Of a stretch of 64,000 nt of DNA, positions 1 to 9,748 are shown one piece after another; position 1 is the stretch's first letter, and each line of letters starts with the position of its first letter. The DNA comes from Spirochaetaceae bacterium (GTDB taxonomy: Bacteria; Spirochaetota; Spirochaetia; DSM-27196; SKKC01). Both the position numbers and the translations under genes were made by a program. The notes below the pieces were generated by a model. The model was given only the letters and a program-made list of their open reading frames with translations. It made no database searches and was not told the DNA's origin. The stretch is from positions 1,421 through 65,420 of the forward strand of contig SKXQ01000020.1 of NCBI GenBank assembly GCA_007128315.1, read 5' to 3'.

Positions 1-343
1 TCACAAAGTCCGGGTGCGAATCGAAAATACTCGAATACAGACCTATCTGTTCGGCCTGTTCGAGCAGCTCATGAAAGATGCTTCGAAACGCGGTCGTGTG
101 TGGTCTGTTTGAGATCGGCACGGGAGAGGTGGAAAAGTGAACGTGATGTGCAAACTCGTGTATCGCGGTGTACATGAGTTCATTGTCGTTCTCGAAGTTC
201 CTGTTGTGAAGAATGATCTCGGCGCGGTCCGGATAGTACAGCCCGTGTACTTTCTTGCTCTGTTTTCCCGAAAAGATCACGGAGAAATCCGGAACGTCGC
301 TGCGTAGTTTTTGAAGTCGATCTTTAACCTGGTCCTGATTCAT
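1..343 (-). CDS. Partial CDS (N-terminal 114 aa, continues past left edge): HExxH-motif putative zinc metallohydrolase (SprT/DUF45-like)
   Basis: Manual reverse translation from ATG at 343-341: MNQDQVKDRLQKLRSDVPDF...LMYTAIHEFAHHVHF...HTTAFRSIFHELL. Frame stays open to position 2. HEFAH metal-binding type motif. Confidence 0.5.
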   Translation of the reverse strand, partial: MNQDQVKDRLQKLRSDVPDFSVIFSGKQSKKVHGLYYPDRAEIILHNRNFENDNELMYTAIHEFAHHVHFSTSPVPISNRPHTTAFRSIFHELLEQAEQIGLYSSIFDSHPDFV

Positions 344-418
344 GAAACACCTTTCACATGAGATTCCCGCTTCCGGAGTTCCTCGTGGATTGACAAAGTA
401 CACCGATGGACTACACTG

Positions 419-1777
419 ATGTCCGAAAAACAAGTCCGTGTTGACCATGCACCAGAGTCCGGAGATACCCGAGTGGGAGACGATCAGAAGAGCAACTCAA
501 TCGATCGCGTTGAAATAATGCGGTTGCTGAACCAGGTTGTCAATGACGACTACACGGAGCCTGCTCTCGAGCAGGTTCATTCGGCCGAAGAACGCGAGTT
601 GTACGATGCAATCAACCGGTTGTATTACGAGAAACGGCGCATACTCAGTGACTTCGACGCAAATCTGCGACGCAGCGAACGTCGTCTCAGGGACATCATA
701 GAGTCCACGCCTGTCGGGATATGTGTTACCAATCAGAACCACATCTATGAGTACGTGAACCCGACCTATTGCCGACTCTATGGCTATGAGCCGCACGAAC
801 TCACGGGGCAGTCCTTCACGATTGTCGTTCCCGAGGCGTACCGGGAGCAGCTTACACAACTCCACGACGAGTTCATGGGGCGTCGCTATGAGCTGCGCGG
901 TGAATGGAAAGTAATCCGTAAGGACGGCCGCGAGCTTGATATCATTGCAGAAGCCGCCTACATCGTCGACGTGGATGGCGAACCCAAAAAGGTCACCTTC
1001 GTCGTTGACATCACGAATCAGAAGAGCGCCGAGCGTAAACTCAGAGAGACCGTCGACAAACTCAATTCGCAGATCGCGGAGCGACGTCGTATAGAGAAGG
1101 TCAAGAATCAGGTTGAACGGATTATCCGTCACGATCTCAGGAATCCCTTGAACGGGATAATCGTAATGGCGCAGCTCCTTGAACGAACCGAACTGTCGGA
1201 TGAGCAGAAAGAGCTGGTGTCCATTATTCTACAGTCGGGCAACAAGCTGAACGAGATGCTCAATACGTCTCTTGATATTGTGCAGATGGAAGAGGGGCGA
1301 TACGTTCTGAAAGCTGATGAGCTTTCCCTCAACGAAGTGCTGTCGGCGGCAGTCGCTGAGGTTCGCAATGTCGGCGAGTCGGACAATATTACGGTTGATC
1401 TGAACGAGCTGAACGTTCCCGATACCGTACAGGGAGAAACTCTGCACCTTGAGAACCTTTTCAGCAATCTGATTCGCAACGCGATTGAGGCGAGTCGGCC
1501 GGGTGATGTAGTGACCGTGCGTGTGCAGAAAGACGATGAGTATACCGTGGATATACACAACAACGGAGTAATACCCGAGGATATTCGTGACCGATTTTTC
1601 GATCAGTATGTGACGAGTGGAAAGCCCGACGGGAGTGGTATCGGTACCTACGTTGCAAAGTTGATCGCAAGCGTCCACGGTGGAACGATAGAGTTTACAA
1701 GCAGCGAATCCGAAGGCACGCATCTTTTTGTGCGCTTACCGCTGCAGGCTCCTGAACAGCATGGAATACAGGTCTGA
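419..1777 (+). CDS. PAS-domain sensor histidine kinase
   Basis: 452 aa ORF. PAS-like segment (IIESTPVGICVTNQNHIYEYVNPTYCRLYGYEPHELTGQSF), H-box IIRHDLRNPLNGI, N-box LIRNAIEA, G-box GSGIGTY. Confidence 0.9.
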   Translation: MSEKQVRVDHAPESGDTRVGDDQKSNSIDRVEIMRLLNQVVNDDYTEPALEQVHSAEERELYDAINRLYYEKRRILSDFDANLRRSERRLRDIIESTPVGICVTNQNHIYEYVNPTYCRLYGYEPHELTGQSFTIVVPEAYREQLTQLHDEFMGRRYELRGEWKVIRKDGRELDIIAEAAYIVDVDGEPKKVTFVVDITNQKSAERKLRETVDKLNSQIAERRRIEKVKNQVERIIRHDLRNPLNGIIVMAQLLERTELSDEQKELVSIILQSGNKLNEMLNTSLDIVQMEEGRYVLKADELSLNEVLSAAVAEVRNVGESDNITVDLNELNVPDTVQGETLHLENLFSNLIRNAIEASRPGDVVTVRVQKDDEYTVDIHNNGVIPEDIRDRFFDQYVTSGKPDGSGIGTYVAKLIASVHGGTIEFTSSESEGTHLFVRLPLQAPEQHGIQV

Positions 1778-1780
1778 AAT

Positions 1781-2560
1781 ATGAGCAATAGAACCGTCAT
1801 GATAACCGGGGCCAGCGATGGAATAGGCCGTGAACTGGCGCGTGTCATGGCGCGCGAGGGATGGCGTCTCATTCTCGTCGCCCGGCGGAAAGAGCGACTT
1901 GATGCACTGGCGGCCGAGCTGGCTCCCGGTCATGTCAGGGTCATAGTCTGTGATCTGTCGATGGAAAACGCGGCGCAGACCCTGGTCGCTGAACTCGGTG
2001 ACGACGCGAAGCGTGTTGATGCGCTGGTTAACAATGCAGGGCTTGGACTGCATGATATCTTCTGGGAGAGCGAACTTCATAGCCTCCGGTCCATGATGCG
2101 CGTCAACATGGAGGCGCTGACCGAACTTTCGCGTCTGATCATACCGTCCATGATATCCCGTGGACACGGATACATCGTTAATATCGCAAGCGTTGCGTCC
2201 TTTCAGCCAGGCCCTCTTATGGCAGTCTACTACGCTACGAAGGCGTATGTTCTGTCCTTTACGGAAGCGCTCGCCGTGGAACTCCGCGGTACTGGTGTGA
2301 GCACCACCGCAATTTGTCCCGGTCCTACGAAGAGCGGTTTCCAGGAGGTCGCCGGAACCGACAAGGCGCCGGGAATGTCGGGAACGCGCATACCCGACTC
2401 GCGGGAGGTTGCCGGGTTCACCTATCGCATGATGCTGCGTCGCAGAACCGTCGCGGTCCACGGTGTGCTGTTTCGCATACTCGTCTTCGTCGAGCGCTTC
2501 TTACCGCGGGGACTCGTCGCACGACTCGTCGGTCGTTTCCAGTCGGTGCGGAGTACCTGA
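1781..2560 (+). CDS. Short-chain dehydrogenase/reductase (SDR) family oxidoreductase
   Basis: 259 aa. N-terminal Rossmann motif ITGASDGIGRELA, NNAG, catalytic YxxxK (YYATKAYV). Confidence 0.9.
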   Translation: MSNRTVMITGASDGIGRELARVMAREGWRLILVARRKERLDALAAELAPGHVRVIVCDLSMENAAQTLVAELGDDAKRVDALVNNAGLGLHDIFWESELHSLRSMMRVNMEALTELSRLIIPSMISRGHGYIVNIASVASFQPGPLMAVYYATKAYVLSFTEALAVELRGTGVSTTAICPGPTKSGFQEVAGTDKAPGMSGTRIPDSREVAGFTYRMMLRRRTVAVHGVLFRILVFVERFLPRGLVARLVGRFQSVRST

Positions 2561-2565
2561 CGGCG

Positions 2566-3483
2566 GTGTGGTCGCGGATCATCGGGCGGGCCGGGCGACT
2601 TGTTCTGACAGTCTTTGTCGTTGCCACAATAACGTTCGTCATTATCCGTGTTGTTCCCGGTGATCCCGCCGCTCTTGTTGCCGGCCTGGATGCGGATCCG
2701 CAGACCGTGGCACGAATACAGATCCGCATGGGTACCGACAGGCCCTTGTCCGTCCAGTACGTTTCCTGGATAGGGTCCATCCTTCGCTTCGATCTCGGAA
2801 CAAGCCTGGTGCAGAATCGCCCCGTCTCCGAGCTACTTCTGTCCCGCGTTCCGGTTACGTTTGCCCTCGCGGGAAGCGCGCTGCTGTTCTCGCTCCTGGT
2901 TGCAATACCTCTGGGGGTAGCGGCGGCTTCCTCGCCGAAACCGGTGTACGCTCATCTCTGCGATGCGTACACGAATGTCGGGCTGTCGATTCCTGACTTC
3001 TGGGCGGGCATCCTTCTGCTTCTTGCGTTTTCTGTCCGTTTCAGGTGGTTCCCGTTGTTCGGGGTCGAGAGTCTTGCTTCGTATGTTCTTCCGACGGTAG
3101 CACTTGGTCTTTCCCGTTCGGCGTTCCTCGCGCGCGTCGTTCGCCGAAGTGTCAGGGACGAGCTGTCGAAACCCTATGTGGAAGGTGCGCGATCTCTCGG
3201 TATATCTGGTCGCAGACTGATCTTCGGTGAGGTCCTGCCGAATGCGCTTTTACCGACCATTACCATTGCTGCGGTTCAGTTCGGATATCTGCTCGGCGGC
3301 GCTATCGTCGTCGAACAGGTGTTCTCCATGCCGGGTCTCGGGAGGCTGATCCTCACCGCAGTCTCGCAGAGAGATTTCCCGGTGGTACAGGCGGGGGTTG
3401 TGTTCGTTGCCGCTGCGTTTTCGCTCATTAACTTCTTCGCAGATGTCCTGTACTCTCTGCTCAATCCCCGGATACGGTACTGA
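2566..3483 (+). CDS. ABC transporter permease, peptide/nickel (DppB/OppB-like)
   Basis: The ORF at 2314 overlaps the SDR gene in another frame. Likely start is GTG 2566 (VWSRIIGRAGRLVLTVFVVATITFVIIRVVPGDPAA, a typical DppB N-terminus). Multi-TM protein of about 305 aa. Confidence 0.85.
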   Translation: MWSRIIGRAGRLVLTVFVVATITFVIIRVVPGDPAALVAGLDADPQTVARIQIRMGTDRPLSVQYVSWIGSILRFDLGTSLVQNRPVSELLLSRVPVTFALAGSALLFSLLVAIPLGVAAASSPKPVYAHLCDAYTNVGLSIPDFWAGILLLLAFSVRFRWFPLFGVESLASYVLPTVALGLSRSAFLARVVRRSVRDELSKPYVEGARSLGISGRRLIFGEVLPNALLPTITIAAVQFGYLLGGAIVVEQVFSMPGLGRLILTAVSQRDFPVVQAGVVFVAAAFSLINFFADVLYSLLNPRIRY

Positions 3484-3487
3484 TGTG

Positions 3488-4480
3488 ATGCAGGTACACG
3501 AGCTTCATCCGGCACTATCCATCCGGAACCTGACACTCGCCCTGTCAACGAAGCACTCGGTGCTGTATCCGGTCCGTGATCTCAGTCTCGAGGTACAACC
3601 GGGTTCTCTGCACGCAATCATCGGTGAAAGCGGGAGCGGTAAAAGTCTGACTTGCCGGGCCATTATGCGTCTCGGTCCGCACGCCATGACCATACGCTCG
3701 GGGTCCATACACGTCGGACAGACAGATGTCTCGACGCTTCGCGGGCACGAGCTTTCCGAGTTCCGCGGTAGCCGGGTCGGGATGGTGTTTCAGGACCCTG
3801 CACCTCACTTCAATCCCGCGAAACGGGTCGGCAGTCATCTTATCAGAACTCTCGAACGACGCCTGAACCTGACCGCAGAAGAGGCTCGCTCGCGGTTTAC
3901 AGAACTCCTTGAGCGCGTTGGATTAAGCGGGCGCGACGATCTTCTGCAGAAGTATCCGCACGAGCTGTCGGGGGGGATGGCCCAGCGCCTTGCAATAGCC
4001 GCTGCAATCGCCGCGGCTCCACCGCTTCTTATCGCGGACGAACCAACCACAGCACTCGATGTAACGGTACAGAAGTCGGTTCTTGAACTTATCGATGAGC
4101 TCCGTCGCGGCATGGGACTTGCGGTGCTTTTTGTGAGTCACGACCTTGCCCTGGTGGAACAGTATGCCGACGACATTACGGTTCTCTACGCCGGAACCGC
4201 TGCAGAGCAGAACGCCTCTCACAGGCTGTTCGTAGCACCGAGGCACCCGTATACGCAGGCCCTTCTGCGTTCGCGTCCCCGACCTGACGCCCCCGTACCG
4301 CCGTCGATTCCGGGGGTTCCACCGCGCCTCGAGCAGCTTCCGTCAGGCTGTCCGTTCCATCCCAGATGTCCGGCAGCGATCGATCCTTGTCGAAGCGACC
4401 GCCCGGCGCCGACGTCCTGGCCGGATGGAGGACAGTCGCGGTGTCACGTAGCGGCCCGTAACGCGGGCGTGACGGAATGA
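3488..4480 (+). CDS. ABC transporter ATP-binding protein (DppD/OppD-like)
   Basis: Walker A GESGSGKS, signature LSGGMAQR, Walker B LLIADEPT, C-terminal oligopeptide-type extension with CPFHPRC. ATG 3488 chosen just after the permease stop. Confidence 0.9.
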   Translation: MQVHELHPALSIRNLTLALSTKHSVLYPVRDLSLEVQPGSLHAIIGESGSGKSLTCRAIMRLGPHAMTIRSGSIHVGQTDVSTLRGHELSEFRGSRVGMVFQDPAPHFNPAKRVGSHLIRTLERRLNLTAEEARSRFTELLERVGLSGRDDLLQKYPHELSGGMAQRLAIAAAIAAAPPLLIADEPTTALDVTVQKSVLELIDELRRGMGLAVLFVSHDLALVEQYADDITVLYAGTAAEQNASHRLFVAPRHPYTQALLRSRPRPDAPVPPSIPGVPPRLEQLPSGCPFHPRCPAAIDPCRSDRPAPTSWPDGGQSRCHVAARNAGVTE

Positions 4481-4493
4481 ACGGTGTGTCGAA

Positions 4494-5270
4494 ATGAGCA
4501 ATGAACAGAGGCGGCTCGCAGTCAGAAATCTCACCGTTCGGTACGCTGGTGCGAGACCGGCTTGTGAGAATGTAAGTTTCGACCTGGTAGCCGGTGCATC
4601 CTTTGGCATTGTCGGAGAAAGTGGTGCAGGGAAAACAACGGTACTTCGGGCAATCGCCGGCCAGATCTGCTCGATCGAGGGCAGTATCGCCTGGAACGGC
4701 GAAAATCTTTCGGGTCTCCGCGGCAGATCGCTCCGGCGGGCGGTCCGATCGCGGCAGCTCGTACCCCAGGATCACACGCTGGCATTGAACCCGCGCATAT
4801 CGATAGGAGCAAGCCTTCGTGAAACCGGCGCACCTCCTCAGCGCGTGCACGCCATGATGAAACGGGTTGGCATGGGCGATGTTTCGCTTGTGCGAAGACC
4901 TCACACACTGTCCGGTGGGCAGCGGCAGCGGATCTGTATCGCGAGAGCACTTCTGGTCGAGTCAGATCTTCTGCTGCTGGATGAGCCGACAAGCAGCCTC
5001 GATGCGAGCGTTGCGGCGTCGCTCTTGCATCTTTTGCACGATTTGCGTACACAATATCAACTCACGATGGTCGTTGTATCGCATGACCTTGATGCAATTA
5101 CAGCATTATGCGATACGATTGGTGTCATGAAAAATGGCAGGATGGTCGAGCAGGGACAGGCCGAGCGGATTCTGAGGCATCCCGAACACACATACACGCG
5201 GCAGCTCATGGAAGCTGTGCCGCGCATTACCGCCGTCACCGACCGGCAGGTCTGGAATGCATGGGAGTAG
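4494..5270 (+). CDS. ABC transporter ATP-binding protein (DppF/OppF-like)
   Basis: Walker A GESGAGKT, signature LSGGQRQR, Walker B LLLLDEPTS. Confidence 0.9.
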   Translation: MSNEQRRLAVRNLTVRYAGARPACENVSFDLVAGASFGIVGESGAGKTTVLRAIAGQICSIEGSIAWNGENLSGLRGRSLRRAVRSRQLVPQDHTLALNPRISIGASLRETGAPPQRVHAMMKRVGMGDVSLVRRPHTLSGGQRQRICIARALLVESDLLLLDEPTSSLDASVAASLLHLLHDLRTQYQLTMVVVSHDLDAITALCDTIGVMKNGRMVEQGQAERILRHPEHTYTRQLMEAVPRITAVTDRQVWNAWE

Positions 5271-5276
5271 GATTAC

Positions 5277-6803
5277 ATGAGTCGATCAACGCAGATGTTT
5301 GTATGTTCAGTGCTGGTACTGGTGCTTACCGTTCCCGGGTTGCTGAACGGAGCAGGCAGGTCGGAGGTTCCGGCGAACTCACTTCGCATGGCTCTCAGCG
5401 GCGACCCGAATACGCTTGACCCGCATGCCACCTCAGGAACGCTCACGTTTCAGGTCCTGAGGAGCGTATACGATACGCTCGCGGAGCCGAACGAGGACGG
5501 CGAAATCATCCCGGCTCTTGCCGAGCGATGGGACGTATCCGACGACGCGACGGAGTGGACCTTTCACCTTCGCCGTGACGTACAGTTTCACAACGGCGCA
5601 ACCTTCTCCGCACGGGACGTCGTCGCGACCTTTGAACGTCTTCGCGATTCGGAAGCTGCATTTCCCAACGTAGATGAGTTTGGTCCTCTCGAATCCGTTC
5701 GGGCGCTGGATGATTACACGGTTCAGTTCCGTATGTTTGAGCCCTTTGCTCCGCTTCTTGCTGCCCTTGCTTCCGGCTGGGGAGCGATTCTTCCGGCGGA
5801 TCTGATCGCTGAAGGACATGACTTTGACTCCCGTCCGGTAGGGACTGGTCCGTTTGTGTTCGGAGAATGGATACGCGACGGGCGTATCCGTCTGGCCCGC
5901 AATGAAGCCTACTGGATTGAGGGACAGCCGCATCTCGAAGAGCTTGTGTTTCAGATTATTACGGAGCCCGCGGTGCAGCTGCAGGGACTGCTTGCCGGCG
6001 ATTTTGATGTGATCGATATCGTGCCACCGGACAACCGGCAGGTCATTATCGACAACCCGCGCACGCGTATCGACGAATCACTCTCAAGCCTGATCATGGT
6101 CATGGCAATGAACACATCTCGAGCTCCTCTGAACGTTCTCGACGTACGACGCGCCATTAATCATGCAGTCAATCGCCAGCAGATTCTTGACGTAGCCTAC
6201 GGGGGTGGTCAACCAGGGGCTACTTTCATGGACACGGGCGATTTCTTCCACGTGGATTACTCGCATCTGTATCCCTACGATCCCGATCGGGCACGGGGGC
6301 TTCTTGCACAGTCGGGTGCGGATTTCTCCCGCCCTCTGACACTGACGCTCCCGCAGAATTTCGAGCCTCACGTGGTCGCCGGTCAGATGTATCAGGAGAT
6401 GCTCCGGCAGATCGGACTCGACGTGAACATCCGCCTGGTTGACTGGTCGACCTGGATCAGTGATGTGTACGGGCGGGCCGATTACGATCTGACTGTCATC
6501 GGGCATACCGGAAAGCTTGATCCGGATGGCAGACTATCCAGCATGGCGAGCGAGGAGTTTTACGTACGGTGGACGAACCCCGAAGCGACCTCGCTGATCC
6601 GTCAGGCCCGTCGTACCGGTGACATTGAGGAACGGCAGCATCTGTATGCACGTGTGCTCGAGATTATCGCGCAGGAAGTTCCCAAGGTCTATACGGGGAC
6701 CAATTATCGTCAGATCGGTCTGCGGACCCGCGTACGGAATTTTCACATGGACTCGCAGCTTGATACCTATGACTTTCGGCGGGTAACCCTCGATCGGGAG
6801 TAG
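5277..6803 (+). CDS. ABC transporter substrate-binding protein, family 5 (peptide/nickel type)
   Basis: 508 aa with signal peptide. LRMALSGDPNTLDPH and WTFHLRRDVQFHNG are typical family-5 SBP motifs. Confidence 0.85.
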   Translation: MSRSTQMFVCSVLVLVLTVPGLLNGAGRSEVPANSLRMALSGDPNTLDPHATSGTLTFQVLRSVYDTLAEPNEDGEIIPALAERWDVSDDATEWTFHLRRDVQFHNGATFSARDVVATFERLRDSEAAFPNVDEFGPLESVRALDDYTVQFRMFEPFAPLLAALASGWGAILPADLIAEGHDFDSRPVGTGPFVFGEWIRDGRIRLARNEAYWIEGQPHLEELVFQIITEPAVQLQGLLAGDFDVIDIVPPDNRQVIIDNPRTRIDESLSSLIMVMAMNTSRAPLNVLDVRRAINHAVNRQQILDVAYGGGQPGATFMDTGDFFHVDYSHLYPYDPDRARGLLAQSGADFSRPLTLTLPQNFEPHVVAGQMYQEMLRQIGLDVNIRLVDWSTWISDVYGRADYDLTVIGHTGKLDPDGRLSSMASEEFYVRWTNPEATSLIRQARRTGDIEERQHLYARVLEIIAQEVPKVYTGTNYRQIGLRTRVRNFHMDSQLDTYDFRRVTLDRE

Positions 6804-6806
6804 GCA

Positions 6807-7634
6807 ATGGCATATTTCGAGTGGCGTGCGGCACGACGCCGGCGGCGCTTCGCCGGCGTCGTGCTCGCACTGCTCATCTGCTTCGCAGTCTTTACGCCCC
6901 TGATATCGCCCTATACCTCAACGGAACAGAACATAGCCCTGCGACTTTCGGCCCCCGGTACCGAGGGGCACGTCTTCGGCACCGATGAGTTCGGTCGCGA
7001 TGTAGCGACGCGTATGGCCTTTGGAACGCGTTCCGCCGCGTTGACTGCAGGAGGGGGAGTGCTGCTCGCGCTGTTCATCGGCATCCCCCTTGGAATCGCA
7101 GCCGGTCTGGAGCGGCGCATCCTTGATCCGGTTTTTTCGCTTCTTATCGATGCTCTGTTGAGTTTTCCCGGCGTCCTCCTGGCGATCGCCCTGCTGGCCG
7201 TGCTCGGTACCGGTACCGCTCAGGTTTCGCTGGCGCTGGGGATCATGTTTGCACCACTGTACGCGCGAACGGCACGGTCCGAGACCCTTGCCGTTTCAGC
7301 CGAACCATTCGTTACGGTATCGAAAGGACTCGGTTCGCACCCTTTGTACACAGTGTGGCTTCACGTACTGCCGAACGTCCTGCCGCAGGCCCTGGTCCTT
7401 TCTGCCAGCGTTGCCGCGGTTTCCATAACCATAGAAGCGGCACTGAGCTTTTTAGGGCTTGGTCTGGCACCACCTGCTGCGAGCTGGGGGCTTATGCTCA
7501 GAGACGCCCGAAATTATCTTGGAACCGCACCGTGGCTCGCGCTTCTACCTGGTATACAACTGGGTCTGAGCGTGTTCGCGCTCAATACGCTCGGGGATGC
7601 CCTCGCTGAGCGGTTTCTTCACTCGCATCAATGA
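6807..7634 (+). CDS. ABC transporter permease (DppC/OppC-like)
   Basis: 275 aa, multi-TM. FGTDEFGRDV motif typical of DppC N-terminal region. Follows the SBP gene by 3 nt. Confidence 0.85.
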   Translation: MAYFEWRAARRRRRFAGVVLALLICFAVFTPLISPYTSTEQNIALRLSAPGTEGHVFGTDEFGRDVATRMAFGTRSAALTAGGGVLLALFIGIPLGIAAGLERRILDPVFSLLIDALLSFPGVLLAIALLAVLGTGTAQVSLALGIMFAPLYARTARSETLAVSAEPFVTVSKGLGSHPLYTVWLHVLPNVLPQALVLSASVAAVSITIEAALSFLGLGLAPPAASWGLMLRDARNYLGTAPWLALLPGIQLGLSVFALNTLGDALAERFLHSHQ

Positions 7635-8727
7635 TCGCGCGCGAAGCGTGGCGCAGAATGCTCGAAAAATCCATGACGTCCATGTGTGTCTTTCGGCACG
7701 GTTCGCCTTCCCGTCGCTCATCACTCAGATCGCCGTTCCCGACGATGGCTTCGAGACTGTCGTCGTGTTCACCTGAATCCGGAAGTGGATCACCGGGGTG
7801 ATCCGTCGCGCGATAGGCGTCCGAGAAGGCCGGAAGTCTGCCGAGCAGAGCAGACTGGAGCGCATCCAGAAGCACCTGAGCCTTTTCCAGTGCATGCGCA
7901 TACAGGTCAGGAACGCTCCGGCTGCTCATGACCTCACCTGTGCAGGGGTTTCGCCATGGGTGATTTGCCTCGTTTGCTACATCTATATTCGGCGGTAAGT
8001 GAAGCGGGTGAAACAGGCGCAGCCAGCCTGGGATACCTCCGGGGTTTTGTTCGATGCGCGTCCGTGCTTCGTGTATGTCCGGGCGGTTGACAGCTGCATA
8101 ATAAGCGGATGAATCGCTGTAGGCATTCACGAGTTTGCGGGCGAGTCGCGGATCCCGACGCCCCTTCCGTGTCGACTGCGCAACTGCGTGGCTCAGTGCC
8201 CGGAGAAGTGACTTCATTGCGTCCGGTGTGAGCTGGATTTCGGTCTGCAGAGGAATGTCGCGGGGGTGCGTATTACGGAGTTGAAGCGCAAGATACGTGT
8301 CGATGATACGTTCAAGAAACACGTGGTTCATGTGGTACCCGTAGGTCTCCGGTTCACCGGGCACAGGCCATCCGGCGTGGACGTTAATGAAGGGATGAAA
8401 CACCCGATCCAGAACAATGTGAGTCAGATAACCCGCGAGATATGCCACGATAAGCGTCTGTTCCGGGTTGTCGTTCCCGAACGCGGAGTCGGCTCGGGTG
8501 TAATCCAGGAGCGATGCGCAGAACGTTCCCGAGCCTTTGCGGTGCAGTACTATGCCATAGTGAAGTCCTGAAGGTCTGCGGCGTCTGTTGTGAAGGAAGA
8601 GGTCCGGCCCCTGGGCTCCAAGTATGAATGACGCACGTACATCACTGTTGTGATGTTTCGTCAGAGCAGGAAGAGTCTTGTCGCAGGCATCTTCCGCGAA
8701 CAGCAGATGCGAAAAGTGTGAAGGCAC
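7582..8727 (-). CDS. Zinc-dependent phospholipase C-like family protein (function uncertain)
   Basis: 381 aa. N-terminal MPSHFSHLLFAED, GAQGPDLFLH and YLTHIVLDRVFHPFIN resemble the His-rich zinc-dependent PLC fold. Starts 4 nt downstream of the mevalonate kinase stop. Its 3' end overlaps the convergent permease gene by 53 nt. Confidence 0.5.
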   Translation of the reverse strand: MPSHFSHLLFAEDACDKTLPALTKHHNSDVRASFILGAQGPDLFLHNRRRRPSGLHYGIVLHRKGSGTFCASLLDYTRADSAFGNDNPEQTLIVAYLAGYLTHIVLDRVFHPFINVHAGWPVPGEPETYGYHMNHVFLERIIDTYLALQLRNTHPRDIPLQTEIQLTPDAMKSLLRALSHAVAQSTRKGRRDPRLARKLVNAYSDSSAYYAAVNRPDIHEARTRIEQNPGGIPGWLRLFHPLHLPPNIDVANEANHPWRNPCTGEVMSSRSVPDLYAHALEKAQVLLDALQSALLGRLPAFSDAYRATDHPGDPLPDSGEHDDSLEAIVGNGDLSDERREGEPCRKTHMDVMDFSSILRHASRAIIDASEETAQRGHPRAY

Positions 8728-8731
8728 AGGC

Positions 8732-9748
8732 CTATTCTAACTCGCGAACCTCGGTTCCGGATACCGTGACGGTCCTGAGCAGTGATTTCTCGGACCCGGG
8801 GAGCTCACGGTGCAGACCGCGACGGGCTTCACGGGCACCGTCGGCTGAATCGAAGACCGCAAACCAGGCACCGCCGCCGCCGGCACCGCTGAGTTTACCC
8901 CCGCGCGCACCGAAATCGCGGGCGCGTTTGATACGACGTTCGAGCAGATCGGTCGACAGCCGGAGGGTGCGCAGCTGCACCTGGGCGTCGTCGCAGAGGG
9001 CACCGAGCTGCTGTGCAGGTGATTTCGTCCGGCTCACCATGATAGCCTCGCGTGCGATCCTGCCGAGCTCTGTGACGGCAGTCCGGGTATCGTTGTCATC
9101 GTTCTGCATTCCGGCGCGGACCCCCGCGACGAGGGTTCTTGTGTTCCCTTCGCGGCGGACGCCTCCGTACAGCAGTGCAAAGGAGCCTGCCGCGACCGTC
9201 TGTATCGCCGGAAGTTCCGGCAGGGCGGGGTAGATCGCCTGCAGTCCGGTCGACAGACTCAAGCCGGTATCGATACCACTGGGGGTTCCGTGAAAGAGGG
9301 CTTCGACGGAGTTTGCAATCGCCCACAGCCTATCGAACCCGGGTGCGGTGGTTCCGTAGAACGCGGTGGCAAGCGCCGCGCAGAGAGCGGCAGAGGAACC
9401 GAATCCCGATCCGGTCGGAATAGTCGACCGTACCGAGATCTCCATACCGGCCGGGTAGGTCGCTCTCAGGTTTGTGACGCTGAGAGACGCGGCGTGGAGA
9501 GTACGCGTGACAGCTTCGATAAAGGCTTCTATATGGTCTTCCTCTACTCCGGAAATCACCAGACGGAAAGTTTCGCCTTCATAGGGCAGGTCATACACGG
9601 CGGGAGGCACCGCGTCGCCGGGTCGCTCAAACGATCGGGGACGCAGACGTACGTGTGTGGTGTCGGCGGTGGCGATCCCTATGGCTGGATGACCGTAGAC
9701 AGCGGCGTGCTCACCGAAAAGCAGCAGTTTTCCGCGCCCTACGCCCAC
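8732..9748 (-). CDS. mvk: Mevalonate kinase
   Basis: GHMP kinase: KLLLFGEHAAVYGHPAI, PTGSGFGSSAALCAAL, KLSGAGGGGAW. Confidence 0.9.
   Translation of the reverse strand: MGVGRGKLLLFGEHAAVYGHPAIGIATADTTHVRLRPRSFERPGDAVPPAVYDLPYEGETFRLVISGVEEDHIEAFIEAVTRTLHAASLSVTNLRATYPAGMEISVRSTIPTGSGFGSSAALCAALATAFYGTTAPGFDRLWAIANSVEALFHGTPSGIDTGLSLSTGLQAIYPALPELPAIQTVAAGSFALLYGGVRREGNTRTLVAGVRAGMQNDDNDTRTAVTELGRIAREAIMVSRTKSPAQQLGALCDDAQVQLRTLRLSTDLLERRIKRARDFGARGGKLSGAGGGGAWFAVFDSADGAREARRGLHRELPGSEKSLLRTVTVSGTEVRELE

Noticed and set aside
390-417. Sigma-70-like promoter TTGACA-16 bp-TACACT upstream of the PAS kinase
   Set aside because: The -10-like hexamer ends 1 nt before the annotated ATG (419), so the predicted transcription start would fall inside the ORF. 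Either the mRNA is leaderless from a different start or the match is fortuitous. The sequence alone cannot support it.
2314-2565. N-terminal extensions of several tracked ORFs: 2314-2565, 3398-3487, 22728-22958, 25637-25927, 32330-32476, 34284-34373, 36291-36347, 45499-45723, 46158-46268, 46768-46818, 50101-50160, 50132-50203, 58014-58046, 59934-59963, 61289-61408 and 61344-61409.
   Set aside because: The extensions overlap neighbouring genes or regulatory sites and translate to Arg-rich junk. Internal starts give canonical N-termini (signal peptides, lipoboxes, family-typical starts) and frequent ATGA-type coupling with the upstream gene.
7582-7634. 53-nt convergent overlap of the dppC-like and PLC-like genes (and the 14-nt overlap at 39887-39900) as a possible antisense regulatory arrangement or assembly error
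   Set aside because: Both reading frames are intact up to their stops, and such 3' overlaps are common in compact GC-rich genomes. There is no evidence for regulation from sequence alone.
2566-7634. Unusual gene order of the peptide/nickel ABC importer (permease, ATPase, ATPase, binding protein, permease)
   Set aside because: All five components are present and intact with tight spacing. Order permutations of Dpp/Opp-type operons are common, so this is a note rather than a finding.
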